A DNA stretch of 64,000 nt, from positions 23,331-87,330 of the forward strand of contig JBDGUI010000011.1 in assembly GCA_042216015.1 (NCBI GenBank), given 5' to 3'. Positions within the stretch are counted from its first letter, which is position 1. Each line of letters opens with the position of its first letter. The position numbers and the translations under genes were made by a program. A model generated the notes under the pieces. That model worked only from the letters and a program-made list of their open reading frames with translations, had not been told where the DNA came from and made no database searches. Of the stretch, positions 9,704 through 19,029 are shown one piece after another. Source of the DNA: Halodesulfurarchaeum sp. (lineage in GTDB: Archaea; Halobacteriota; Halobacteria; Halobacteriales; Halobacteriaceae).

Positions 9704-10725
9704 TCATCGAGGGGCAGATCCTGACCGGTCCGGAGTTCATCGTGAGGGAGGGACGCGTCGTGGTCGAGGACGGGAGGATCTCGGCCGTCGAGGAGGCCGA
9801 CGTCGAAAGCGAGGACATCGTGTTCCCGGCCTTCGTGAACGCTCACGCACACGTCGGTGACTCGATCGCGAAGGAGGCCGGTCGCGGTCTCGATCTCGAG
9901 GCTCTCGTCGCCCCGCCGGACGGGCTCAAACACCGACTCCTCGCCGAGGCCGGCGTGGAGGAGCAGATCGCGGCAATGGAGCGCTCGCTTTCGTTCATGC
10001 AACAGAGCGGGACGGGGACCGTCGTCGATTTTCGCGAGGAGGGCATAGCGGGGGTCAAAGCGCTCCGGCGAGCGGCCGAGGGCCTCGACATCGAGGCCCT
10101 CGCGTTCGGACGGGGGGATCCAGCCGTGCTGGAGATGGCCGACGGCTTCGGAGCAAGTGGGACGAACGACGGCGACTTCGAGGCGGCACGAGCGGCCGCC
10201 GCCGGGGCGGGAAAGCCGTTTGCCATCCACGCCGGCGAGCAGGATGCCTCGGATATCGACGCCGCCCTGGCCCTCGAACCGGATCATCTCGTCCACATGG
10301 TCCATGCCGACCGGGAGCACCTCGAACGGGTGGCGGACCGGGGGATTCCGATCGTCGTCTCCCCCCGCTCGAATCTCGTCACCGGCGTCGGACTCCCGTC
10401 GGTGTCCACACTCCGCGAGTACACGACCGTCGCGCTTGGAACCGACAACGTGATGCTCAACAGCCCTTCCATGTTCCGGGAGATGGAGTTCCTCGCGAAG
10501 TGCTGTGACCTTCCAGCCCCTGCCGTTCTCGAGATGGCAACGCGGGCCGGGGCGAGCGTGGCGAACCAGCCCGGGGGCACCATCAGGACGGGCGAACCGG
10601 CCCGGCTGGTGGTTCTCGACGGCGATACGGACAACCTTGCGGGGTACCGGGACCCGGTTCGGGCGGTCGTCCGCCGGGCCGGCAAAGCCGACGTGAAGCG
10701 AGTCCACCTCCCCGGGAACAGTTAA
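9700..10725 (+). CDS. Amidohydrolase family protein (nucleoside deaminase-like)
   Basis: PAFVNAHAH, IHAGE, HLVH, LGTDN metal ligands. ATGA overlap with the upstream gene. Confidence 0.87.
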   Translation: MIIEGQILTGPEFIVREGRVVVEDGRISAVEEADVESEDIVFPAFVNAHAHVGDSIAKEAGRGLDLEALVAPPDGLKHRLLAEAGVEEQIAAMERSLSFMQQSGTGTVVDFREEGIAGVKALRRAAEGLDIEALAFGRGDPAVLEMADGFGASGTNDGDFEAARAAAAGAGKPFAIHAGEQDASDIDAALALEPDHLVHMVHADREHLERVADRGIPIVVSPRSNLVTGVGLPSVSTLREYTTVALGTDNVMLNSPSMFREMEFLAKCCDLPAPAVLEMATRAGASVANQPGGTIRTGEPARLVVLDGDTDNLAGYRDPVRAVVRRAGKADVKRVHLPGNS

Positions 10726-10751
10726 GGGGCGCCCGGACCCAATCCCTGCCA

Positions 10752-11219
10752 ATGAGCCTCTACGAGCGGATCGTCGTCCCGACGGACGGGTCGGCCTCGA
10801 GTCAGCCGGCGATCGATCACGCCGTCGATCTCGCGGCGGCCCAGGACGCCACGATTCACGGGGTCTACGTGGTGAATCTCTCGAGTTTCTCCGGCGTCCC
10901 CACCGAGGGGTCCTGGGAGGGCGTGTCCGCGGCCCTCGAACGCGAGGGCGAGGAGGCCCTCGAAATGGTCGAAGATGCGGCAGCGGTCCGGGAGGTCCCC
11001 GTCGAACTCGTCAGGCTGGAGGGGCGCCCGAGCCAGCAGATCGTCGAGTACGCAGATGATATCGACGCCGACCTGATCGTCATGGGGACCCACGGCCGCG
11101 GCGGGCTGGACCGGTTGTTGCTCGGGAGCGTCGCCGAGCGGGTCGTTCGGGCCGCCTCGGCGCCCGTCATGACCGTTCAGGGGCCTGCAGCGGGGGAGTC
11201 AGCGGAAATGCCGGAGTGA
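10752..11219 (+). CDS. Universal stress protein (UspA family)
   Basis: IVVPTDGS and DLIVMGTHGRGGLDRLLLGSVAERVVR. Confidence 0.95.
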   Translation: MSLYERIVVPTDGSASSQPAIDHAVDLAAAQDATIHGVYVVNLSSFSGVPTEGSWEGVSAALEREGEEALEMVEDAAAVREVPVELVRLEGRPSQQIVEYADDIDADLIVMGTHGRGGLDRLLLGSVAERVVRAASAPVMTVQGPAAGESAEMPE

Positions 11220-11286
11220 TCGCATCGGAAACGGGGCACGGGTCAGGTGTCCGGACCGCGGAGCACGAAACGGACCTGGGACCCGG

Positions 11287-11991
11287 TTACACTTCGCCGA
11301 ACACGGGGACGGCTGCGCCGTTCGTCGCCAGCGTCGCGTCACTGCACAGTGTCAGCATCGTCAGCGCGATGTCGTGGGGATCCACCCACCGCTCGAAATC
11401 GCCGCCGGGAATCATCTCCCGGTTGGCCGGGGTGTCGATCACGCTCGGCATGACGGCGTTCGCCCGAACGGAGCCGGCGTGTTCCTCCGCGATGGTTTCG
11501 GTCAGGAGACGAACGCCGGCTTTCGAGGCGCGGTAGGGGCCGTCGCCCTCGCCGCCGGAGAGGGACGCCTTCGCGCTCACGTTGACGATGGCCCCCTCGG
11601 CCGCCTCGAGGTGCGGGAGTGCGTGTTTCGACGCGAGGAAGGCGGTCTTGAGATTCACGTCGAGGACGTGTTCGTATGTCGAGAGGTCGGTCTCCTCGAT
11701 CGGATCGCCGCCGGCCCAGGTCCCCGCCACGTTCAGGAGGAAGTCGATCCGGCCGTGCTCTTCGCTGACTGCCGCGACCAGGTCCTCGACGGAGGGCTCG
11801 TCGGTGAGATCGGTCGGATAGAAGTCGATCTCGGATTCTGTGACCGCCGCATCCTCGGCGGGTGGGCTCCGGGACGTCCCGGCCACGGTCGCTCCGGCCT
11901 CGAGAAACGCGGCCGCGACGTGACTTCCCAGACTGCCCGAAACGCCGGTCACCAGCGCCACACGGTCGGTGAAGTCGAAGTCGACGTCCAT
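11287..11991 (-). CDS. SDR family oxidoreductase
   Basis: TGVSGSLG, NVAG and YRASK (YxxxK). Confidence 0.9.
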   Translation of the reverse strand: MDVDFDFTDRVALVTGVSGSLGSHVAAAFLEAGATVAGTSRSPPAEDAAVTESEIDFYPTDLTDEPSVEDLVAAVSEEHGRIDFLLNVAGTWAGGDPIEETDLSTYEHVLDVNLKTAFLASKHALPHLEAAEGAIVNVSAKASLSGGEGDGPYRASKAGVRLLTETIAEEHAGSVRANAVMPSVIDTPANREMIPGGDFERWVDPHDIALTMLTLCSDATLATNGAAVPVFGEV

Positions 11992-12096
11992 ACGGGGCGA
12001 TAGCACGGAACGGGGTTATATGCTCGGTTTCGGGGTGGAAACCCGTTCCGAAACCACTCTAGGTGAAGTGTTGGCCCGTTCCGTCCCGAACTGGCC

Positions 12097-13053
12097 TCAC
12101 GGTTCGATGACGAGCTTTCCGACGAACTGGTCCTCGAGGACCGCGCGGTGGGCCGCCGGGGCGTCCTCGAGGGCGTACGTTCGGGCGATTTCGGGTGCGA
12201 GATCCCCGGACTCCAGCAGGTCCGCGAGCGCCTCGAGAATCGGGGTGTAGTCCGGGGTGTTGAACATGCTCATCAGCACCAGCGAGAGGTCCTTTCCCCT
12301 CGCGGCGGCAACGTCCGAAAAGCCGGCTGCCGGCTCCGAATTTCCGATGCCGACCACGCGGGTACCCACGTGTGCGACGTCGGCGTCGAACTGGAGGTAG
12401 TCGTCCAGTCGATGGTCGAGGATCACGTCCGGACGACCGGCCTCGATCACCGCCTCTCCGAGGTCCTCGCGACCGTAATCGAGGGGATGGTCCACGCCGA
12501 GTTCCCGGAGCCGGTCGTGGGTTTCCGGGCGCGCGGTCCCGATCACCTCGCTTCCGGCCGCCGCGGCGAGCTGGACGGCCACGTGGCCGACGCCGCCGCT
12601 CGCGCCGTGTACCAGACAGGTGTCACCGAGCGAGAGCGAGGCGTGGTCGATCAGGGCGCGCCACGCGGTGACCCCGACGAGTGCGACAGCGGCGCCCTCC
12701 CGGGCGGAGACCGAGTCGGGCAGATGCGCGAATCGGTCGGCCGGCCCGACGGCGAACTCCGCGTAGGTCCCCTGTCGGTCGTTGCCGAGTCCGGTTCCGA
12801 AGACCCGGTCTCCGACCTCGAATTCCGTCGCGTCGGGGCCGACGGCCGCCACGGTCCCCGCCACGTCAGCCCCCGGAATCATCGGCAAGCCGGCGGGGGT
12901 GTACTCGCCCGTCCGGAAGTAGGTGTCGACGGGATTGATCGCGGCCGTCCCGACCTCGACGAGGATCTCATCGCCCCGGGGTTCCGGTCGGTCGATGGAC
13001 TCCACGGAGAGAACGGAGGGATCGCCATATTCGTGGTACCGAACGGCTCGCAT
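12097..13053 (-). CDS. NADPH:quinone reductase (MDR/zeta-crystallin family)
   Basis: INPVD, PGADVAG, GDRVFG, VHGASGGVG, GKLVI. Confidence 0.9.
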   Translation of the reverse strand: MRAVRYHEYGDPSVLSVESIDRPEPRGDEILVEVGTAAINPVDTYFRTGEYTPAGLPMIPGADVAGTVAAVGPDATEFEVGDRVFGTGLGNDRQGTYAEFAVGPADRFAHLPDSVSAREGAAVALVGVTAWRALIDHASLSLGDTCLVHGASGGVGHVAVQLAAAAGSEVIGTARPETHDRLRELGVDHPLDYGREDLGEAVIEAGRPDVILDHRLDDYLQFDADVAHVGTRVVGIGNSEPAAGFSDVAAARGKDLSLVLMSMFNTPDYTPILEALADLLESGDLAPEIARTYALEDAPAAHRAVLEDQFVGKLVIEP

Positions 13054-13141
13054 GCCACCCCATGGGGGCGCCGGCCCGATAAATACCCATCCCGACGTGC
13101 CCGACCGTGGGTTTAAGCGCGCTCCGCCCCCCGATTCGAGC

Positions 13142-14284
13142 ATGCGACTGCACGAGTTCAGGGCGAAGGAGGTCTTCGAGGCGGCGGGGATTCGAACCCC
13201 CGACTCGGCCGTCGTCGAGGACGCCGAGTCCGCCCTGCAGGTGGCGGACGAACTGGGGTACCCGGTCGCGGTGAAGGCCCAGGTCCCGGCTGGAGGGCGG
13301 GGGAAGGCGGGGGGAATCGTCCTCGTCGAGTCCGCGACCGAACTCCGGGACGCCGTGCCGGACATCCTCGACATGGAGATCGAAGGCTACCCGGTCGAGA
13401 CCCTGCTCGTCGAGGCGGCCGTCGACGCCGAACAAGAGCTCTATCTGGGGATCACGATGGATCGCAGCGAGCGACGGCCGGTCGTCATGGCCTCCGCGAG
13501 CGGGGGCGTCGACATCGAGTCCGTCGCCGCCGACACCCCCGAAGCGATCGGTCGCGTTCACGTCGATCCTGCCTTCGGGCTGCACCCCTACCAGGCCCGC
13601 AACGCGGTCTACCGCGCCGGAATCGATCGCGAGATCGCCGGCGACGTTGCCGGGGTCCTCCAGACGCTCTACGGTGTCTGGACGGAGAGGGACGCGACCG
13701 ACGCCGAGATCAACCCCCTCATGGTCACCGCGGGGGGCGAAGTGATCGCCGCCGACGCCGTCCTCAACGTCGACGACGACGCGCTCTTCAGACAGCCCGA
13801 CCTCGCCGGCATGGACGCCGAGAGCGGTGGGAACGAACTCGAACGGCAGGCCGAGGAGTCCGGGTTCGAATACGTTCGCCTCGACGGGTCGGTCGGCGTG
13901 CTTGGAAACGGCGCCGGGCTGGTCATGACCACCCTCGACCTCATCGATCACTTCGGGGGCTCGCCGGCGAACTTCCTCGACGTCGGCGGCGGTGCTGACG
14001 CCGAACGGGTGGGAGCCGCCCTCGACGTCGTCTTCGGCGATCCCAACGTGAAGGTCGTCCTGATCAATATCTTCGGGGGCATCACCCGGGGGGACGAGGT
14101 GGCCGAAGGGATCAACGAGGCCCTGGAGGCGTACGAATCGTTGCCGGTTCCCGTCGTGGTTCGGCTCGCCGGGACGAACGCCGCACTCGGGCGCGATCTC
14201 CTGACCGATGCCGTCCACACCGCAGCGACCTTCGAGTCGGCGGTCAATCGGGCCGTCGAACTGGCCCAGGGAGGTGACACGTGA
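13142..14284 (+). CDS. sucC: Succinyl-CoA synthetase beta subunit
   Basis: MRLHEF, VKAQV..GGRGKAGG, EINPL, NGAGLVM, NFLDVGGGA, NIFGGITR. Confidence 0.96.
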   Translation: MRLHEFRAKEVFEAAGIRTPDSAVVEDAESALQVADELGYPVAVKAQVPAGGRGKAGGIVLVESATELRDAVPDILDMEIEGYPVETLLVEAAVDAEQELYLGITMDRSERRPVVMASASGGVDIESVAADTPEAIGRVHVDPAFGLHPYQARNAVYRAGIDREIAGDVAGVLQTLYGVWTERDATDAEINPLMVTAGGEVIAADAVLNVDDDALFRQPDLAGMDAESGGNELERQAEESGFEYVRLDGSVGVLGNGAGLVMTTLDLIDHFGGSPANFLDVGGGADAERVGAALDVVFGDPNVKVVLINIFGGITRGDEVAEGINEALEAYESLPVPVVVRLAGTNAALGRDLLTDAVHTAATFESAVNRAVELAQGGDT

Positions 14285-15150
14285 GCATACTCGTCGACGC
14301 GGACACCCGGGTCGTCGTCCAGGGAATCACGGGATCACAAGGAGAGTTCCACGCCGAACAGATGCTCGAGTACGGAACGAACGTGGTCGCGGGCGCGGTC
14401 CCGGGCCGGGGCGGTCAGACGGTTGGGGGGGTTCCGGTCTACGACAGGGTCGAAGCGGCCGTCGAGCAGGAAGGGGCGGACGCCTCGGTCGTATTCGTCC
14501 CGCCAGCGTACGCCGCGGACGCGCTCTTCGAGGCCCTCGATGCGGAACTCGACCTGGTGGTCGCGATCACCGAGGGGATCCCCGTGCACGACGCGGTGCG
14601 GGTGTACAGGCGCGTCGAGGAGGTCAAAACGCGCCTGATCGGACCGAACTGCCCCGGCGTGATAACCCCGGGAGTGGCTAAACTCGGCATTCTGCCGGGA
14701 GAGGTATTCCAGCCTGGATCGGTCGGTGTCGTCTCCCGGTCGGGAACGCTGACCTACCAGATCGTCGAGAACCTCACCAACGAAGGACTGGGGCAGTCCA
14801 CGGCGGTCGGAATCGGGGGAGACCCAATCGTCGGTACCGGATTCCAGGAGGTACTCGCCGCCTTCGAGCGGGATCCCGGCACTGACTCGGTCGTGCTGAT
14901 CGGGGAGATCGGCGGCGAGGAGGAAGAGCAGGCGGCAGCCTACATCGAGCGGGAGATGGACACCCCCGTGGTCGGCTTCATCGCCGGGCGAACCGCCCCG
15001 CCGGGCACTCGGATGGGCCACGCGGGCGCGATCGTTTCCGGATCGGGCACCGGAACGGCCGAGAGCAAGATCCGGGCCCTCGAAGCCGCCGGTGTTCCGG
15101 TGGGGAAGACTCCCGGCGACGTCGCGTCCCTCCTCGGGGATCTGGAGTAG
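14281..15150 (+). CDS. sucD: Succinyl-CoA synthetase alpha subunit
   Basis: [32 protein letters not shown] (phospho-His). Confidence 0.97.
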   Translation: MSILVDADTRVVVQGITGSQGEFHAEQMLEYGTNVVAGAVPGRGGQTVGGVPVYDRVEAAVEQEGADASVVFVPPAYAADALFEALDAELDLVVAITEGIPVHDAVRVYRRVEEVKTRLIGPNCPGVITPGVAKLGILPGEVFQPGSVGVVSRSGTLTYQIVENLTNEGLGQSTAVGIGGDPIVGTGFQEVLAAFERDPGTDSVVLIGEIGGEEEEQAAAYIEREMDTPVVGFIAGRTAPPGTRMGHAGAIVSGSGTGTAESKIRALEAAGVPVGKTPGDVASLLGDLE

Positions 15151-15224
15151 GGCTTCCTCCGCTCTCCCCCCCCCCAGTCTTCCATCCCTGACCGTCAAGC
15201 GGGCCCCGCCGTATCGGCCGAGGA

Positions 15225-15971
15225 CTACCGCTCACGGCGGGCGTAGACGATCTCGATCGGACGATCGAGAACGGGATCGCGGTCGGGCTCGGCGGGAATC
15301 CGTTCGAGTTCGTCCGGTCCTCGCGTGGCGCTTGCGGCCAGTACGAGCGCGTCGAGAATGTCGTCCGTCTTGGACCCGGCGACGACCGGGGCATAGGACG
15401 GTTTCGTGAGCGTGTCGACGGCCTCCTCGTAGGCGGCCACGAGTGCCGGATCGACCGCTTCGAGGACCGCCAGACGGGCTTCGCGCCCTGCCTCGGTCCC
15501 CTTCGGCGCCGCGATGGGTTCCCCGTCGTTCAGGCCCGCAAAGCAGAGCTCCGGATGGGCCTCGAGGATCTGGTCCTCGCGGACCTCCTCCGTGAATTCC
15601 CGGAGGAACACGTCGAGTTCCCGGATCCGAGGCACGATCGCCCAGACCTGGTTTTGCACGCCGAAGTCCGCCGGCTCCTGTCGAGCCTTGGCCTCCTCGA
15701 TGTTCGGAGCATAGACCGCCTCCCGGGTCGGCGTGAGAAAGACGCTCGCCTGTCGTCCCCCACCCAGTATCGATTTGGCCGTCAGATCGGGGGCCCGTTT
15801 GCCGGACGTTTGGAGTCCGATCGGGACGTCGACGAGAATCGTCGTGGCATCGCGATGGGGGTGCCAGAGGTTCAGAATGGTCGGATAGAACTCCACCGAC
15901 CACGCTCCCTCGTCGCGGATTGCGGCGACCCACCCGTTCCCGGCCCAGTCCACGCCGACACACGCTGCCAT
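15225..15971 (-). CDS. DUF429 family protein (predicted RNase H-fold nuclease)
   Basis: GVDWA, VDVPIGL, EAHPE and DDILDA motifs. Confidence 0.8.
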   Translation of the reverse strand: MAACVGVDWAGNGWVAAIRDEGAWSVEFYPTILNLWHPHRDATTILVDVPIGLQTSGKRAPDLTAKSILGGGRQASVFLTPTREAVYAPNIEEAKARQEPADFGVQNQVWAIVPRIRELDVFLREFTEEVREDQILEAHPELCFAGLNDGEPIAAPKGTEAGREARLAVLEAVDPALVAAYEEAVDTLTKPSYAPVVAGSKTDDILDALVLAASATRGPDELERIPAEPDRDPVLDRPIEIVYARRER

Positions 15972-16043
15972 GATCGGGTTGGTGGATTCCAGCCACTTAG
16001 CTGAGTTGAACCGGGAAAATTGCCAGAGAGGGTCGACGAATCG

Positions 16044-16277
16044 TCAGTCCGACATCGAGTACGACGGGGCCCGCTCGACCCGTTCGGCGGAGTCGCCGTC
16101 ACTCCCCACTGCGGGTGCGTTGACGAAGAGTGCGTGGCCCATCAGTCCGATTGCGAGAAGGCCTCCGGTCGAAATCGCCAGCGGGACTGGAAGGCCAGCG
16201 ACGTGGAGACCGCCGCCGATACCGAGCAGGACCACCGGAATGAAACCGAGGACGTAGTCGTAATAGGTAGCCATCAT
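16044..16277 (-). CDS. Small two-TM haloarchaeal membrane protein
   Basis: YYDYVLGFIP...GHALFVNAP with two hydrophobic helices. AT-rich promoter-like sequence upstream. Confidence 0.75.
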   Translation of the reverse strand: MMATYYDYVLGFIPVVLLGIGGGLHVAGLPVPLAISTGGLLAIGLMGHALFVNAPAVGSDGDSAERVERAPSYSMSD

Positions 16278-16824
16278 ATTCACCCGTGTCATAGTACATG
16301 AGATGGGTATATAATTCCTTTGGGAGGGTTAGCCAACACATTTACCTAAGTTATGAATCGGCCATACTGGGTTCCAGCGAATCCCGCAAACCGAGATCCC
16401 AGCCGATGACGATTCCGAGGATCAAAAACGGAACCGAAGCCCTCGCCATTGTGAGGTCCTGGAAGGTGAATCCGGCTCCGAACCAACATCGCCGGCAGGC
16501 AATAAAGAATCGTGACACCGAGCCCGGTGCGACCGGCCTGAAGCGACGGGTGAGCGATCAGTGGCCCGCCAACGAGGAGGTAGAGCTCACGACCGAGAGG
16601 AACCCTCCCGCCCCTCACCACCGATCGGTCACAATCACCCATCTTCAAGACGGCGAGAACCTGGTCACTGCGAGTGCTCCGATGGAGCGTCTCGACCAGA
16701 ACCGCCGGCGGGTTGAGCCAGGTATTCAATCGTTACCCGCCGACTATCGCCCAGTCCCCCGGGCCCCGCTCGGCTTTAAAGCTCGCGAGACCTCAGAAGG
16801 TACCGGGCCCCGTTTCAGGTGTGA

Positions 16825-17037
16825 GAAGCGCGAGGGTTCCCGGGCAGCAAAGCAAGACGTGGATGGATCGGGACGCGAATATTGTTCGCGGCGCGAACCG
16901 TCCAGCGGACCCGAGTGCCGCGATTCCCCGAGCGGAACGCTCGGGCCGAGGAACCCCCGAAGGGGGTGAGGAGGCTTTTGGTCCAGCTTTTGCCAGTGGA
17001 GCGAGCGTTAGCGAGCGGAACGCAGCAAAAGGTGGAT
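16825..17037. repeat. Palindrome-rich intergenic REP/MITE-like element, same terminal motif as 3385-3720
   Basis: GAGGAGGCTTTTGGTCCAGCTTTTGCC...CGCAGCAAAAGGTGGAT here versus GAGGAGTGCTTTTGGTCGAGCTTTTACC...CAGTGTAAAAGGTCGAT at 3656-3720. Left boundary approximate. Confidence 0.6.
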
Positions 17038-17179
17038 GGGTCGGGGCGGATTCGAACCGAAATCACTTCGCTCGCAAGCTCGCTCGAGATAGGGCTCGAA
17101 TCCGCCGCTCGATTTCCGACCGCGATCTCATCGCAGCGACACAGCAAGCTGATCGCTGCGAGGTGAGAGTCGCTGAAAA
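17036..17179 (-). mobile_element. tRNA-Val-associated hairpin trailer ending in a duplicated tRNA 3' end
   Basis: ATGGGTCGGGGCGGATTCGAACCG occurs at both 17036-17059 and 17179-17202. 17097-17179 is 81/83 identical to the reverse complement of 63918-64000. Mobility is inferred. Confidence 0.6.
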
Positions 17180-17254
17180 TGGGTCGGGGCGGATTCGAAC
17201 CGCCGGACTCCTCCATGTCAAGGAGGTGTCATAGCCAGACTAGACCACCGACCC
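17180..17254 (-). tRNA. tRNA-Val(GAC)
   Basis: GGGTCGGTGGTCTAGTCTGGCTATGACA CCTCC TTGACAT GGAGG AGTCCGGCGGTTCGAATCCGCCCCGACCCA folds into a full cloverleaf. Confidence 0.97.
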
Positions 17255-17334
17255 TGGCGCTTGCACCCGATGGTACCCGGTCGGAACAGTTGAAGGTTTC
17301 GAAACCGCCGATCGAAGGGCACGATTACGAAAGC

Positions 17335-17381
17335 GTTAAGTAATGTACAATCCTGTTCATCAAGTACCGAAATAGTACATT
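17335..17381 (+). promoter_or_regulatory. trp operon promoter with TRP-box-like (TGTACA/AGTACA) motifs
   Basis: TATA-like GTTAAG followed by TGTACA (17344-17349), AGTACC and AGTACA (17374-17379). AATGTAC...GTACATT inverted pair. Confidence 0.5.
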
Positions 17382-17390
17382 GGATTGGCC

Positions 17391-18395
17391 ATGAAAGCAT
17401 ATATCGAACGCGTCGCCGAGGGTGAGGACCTCACCGTCTCACAGGCCCGTGCCGCGGCGACCCAGGTCTTCGAGGACGCGACCGACGCACAGATCGGGGC
17501 ACTTCTGGCCGGGCTTCGGGCGAAGGGCGAAACCGAGGCCGAAATCGCGGGGTTCGCACAGGGAATGCGTGAGGCTGCCCGAACCATCGATCCCGACCGG
17601 AATCCGCTGGTCGACACCTGCGGGACCGGCGGGGACGACTACGACACGATCAACGTCTCGACCGCCAGTGCCATCGTCGCCAGCGGGGCTGGGGTCCCGA
17701 TCGCCAAACACGGGAACTACTCGGTCTCCTCCTCGTCGGGCAGCGCCGATGTCCTCGAGGAGGTGGGGGTCGAGGTCGACGCCGAGCCGCAGGCGGTCGA
17801 GCGAGCGATCGAACGGACGGGAATCGGGTTCATGCTTGCTCCCGTCTTCCATCCGGCGATGAAGGCCGTCATCGGGCCCCGGCAGGAACTGGGAATGCGG
17901 ACGGTGTTCAACGTCCTCGGTCCGCTGACGAACCCGGCAGGGGCCGACGCCCAGGTTCTCGGCGTGTACGATCGCGATCTCGTCCCGCTGGTCGGGCGGG
18001 CGCTCGCACACATGCCCGTGCAACACGCGATGGTCGTACACGGCTCCGGACTCGACGAAATCGCGATCCACGACGAGACGATCGTCGCCGAGATCGAGGG
18101 CGATTCCATCGAGGAGTACACCATCCACCCGTCGGATCTGGGGCTCACACGAGCAGGGATCGAGGCCGTTTCCGGGGGCAGCCCGGCCGAGAACGCGAGA
18201 CACCTCAGTAGAATCCTCGACGGGACCGCCGACGGGGCGATGCGAGACATCGTCCTCGCGAACGCCGGGGCAGCCATCTACGTCGCAGGCGAGGCAACCT
18301 CCCTCTCCGACGGGGCCGAGGCAGCCGCCAGGGCGATCGACTCCGGCAACGCCGAGGCGAAACTCGCCGACCTGAAGGGGATTCCGGCGGCCTGA
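17391..18395 (+). CDS. trpD: Anthranilate phosphoribosyltransferase
   Basis: DTCGTGGD, KHGNYSVSSSSGSAD, FNVLGPLTNPA. Confidence 0.97.
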   Translation: MKAYIERVAEGEDLTVSQARAAATQVFEDATDAQIGALLAGLRAKGETEAEIAGFAQGMREAARTIDPDRNPLVDTCGTGGDDYDTINVSTASAIVASGAGVPIAKHGNYSVSSSSGSADVLEEVGVEVDAEPQAVERAIERTGIGFMLAPVFHPAMKAVIGPRQELGMRTVFNVLGPLTNPAGADAQVLGVYDRDLVPLVGRALAHMPVQHAMVVHGSGLDEIAIHDETIVAEIEGDSIEEYTIHPSDLGLTRAGIEAVSGGSPAENARHLSRILDGTADGAMRDIVLANAGAAIYVAGEATSLSDGAEAAARAIDSGNAEAKLADLKGIPAA

Positions 18396-18396
18396 C

Positions 18397-19029
18397 ATGG
18401 TCCGCGTGAAGATCTGTGGGCTCACCCACGGGGACGACGTGCAGGCGGCCGTCGAAGCGGGCGTCGACGCCGTCGGGGCGATCGTCGACGTGCCCGTCGA
18501 GACGCCCCGAGCGGTCTCACCGGAGAGGGCTGCGAGGCTCTTCGTGGAGGTGCCGCCGTTCGTCAGCACCGTCCTCGTGACCATGCCGGAGACCGTCGCA
18601 CGGGCACGGGAACTCGTCGAGACGGTCCGTCCCGACGCGATCCAGATTCACGAGGGGCTCTCCCCTCCGGGGGTGGCGACACTCTCCGAAACCGGGGTCG
18701 AAACGATCGCGTCCGTGAACCTCGACGAGCCCGCTCTCGAGGAATACGCCGAGGTAGCTGACGCCCTTCTCGTCGACTCCAGCGACGAGGACGGGGCCGG
18801 GGGAACCGGACGGACACACGATTGGAACGCGACGCGGGACTTGGATCCCCTCGAGGCACCGCTCGTCCTCGCTGGAGGCCTCACCCCGGGAAACGTCGAG
18901 ACGGCCGTCGAGCGGGTGGAGCCCTACGCGGTCGACGTGGCCTCGGGGGTCGAGCGTGCACCGGGTCGAAAGGACGCGGCCCTGATGCGCCAGTTCGTCG
19001 ACCGAGCCCGGGCGGGGGCTGTCAGATGA
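18397..19029 (+). CDS. trpF: Phosphoribosylanthranilate isomerase
   Basis: VKICGLT, GGTGRTHDW, LAGGLTPGNV, VDVASGVE. Confidence 0.96.
   Translation: MVRVKICGLTHGDDVQAAVEAGVDAVGAIVDVPVETPRAVSPERAARLFVEVPPFVSTVLVTMPETVARARELVETVRPDAIQIHEGLSPPGVATLSETGVETIASVNLDEPALEEYAEVADALLVDSSDEDGAGGTGRTHDWNATRDLDPLEAPLVLAGGLTPGNVETAVERVEPYAVDVASGVERAPGRKDAALMRQFVDRARAGAVR

Noticed and set aside
16346..16729. 127-aa minus-strand ORF
   Set aside because: Composition is not acidic and hydrophobic patches fall in different frames. At most a decayed membrane-protein gene; not assignable.
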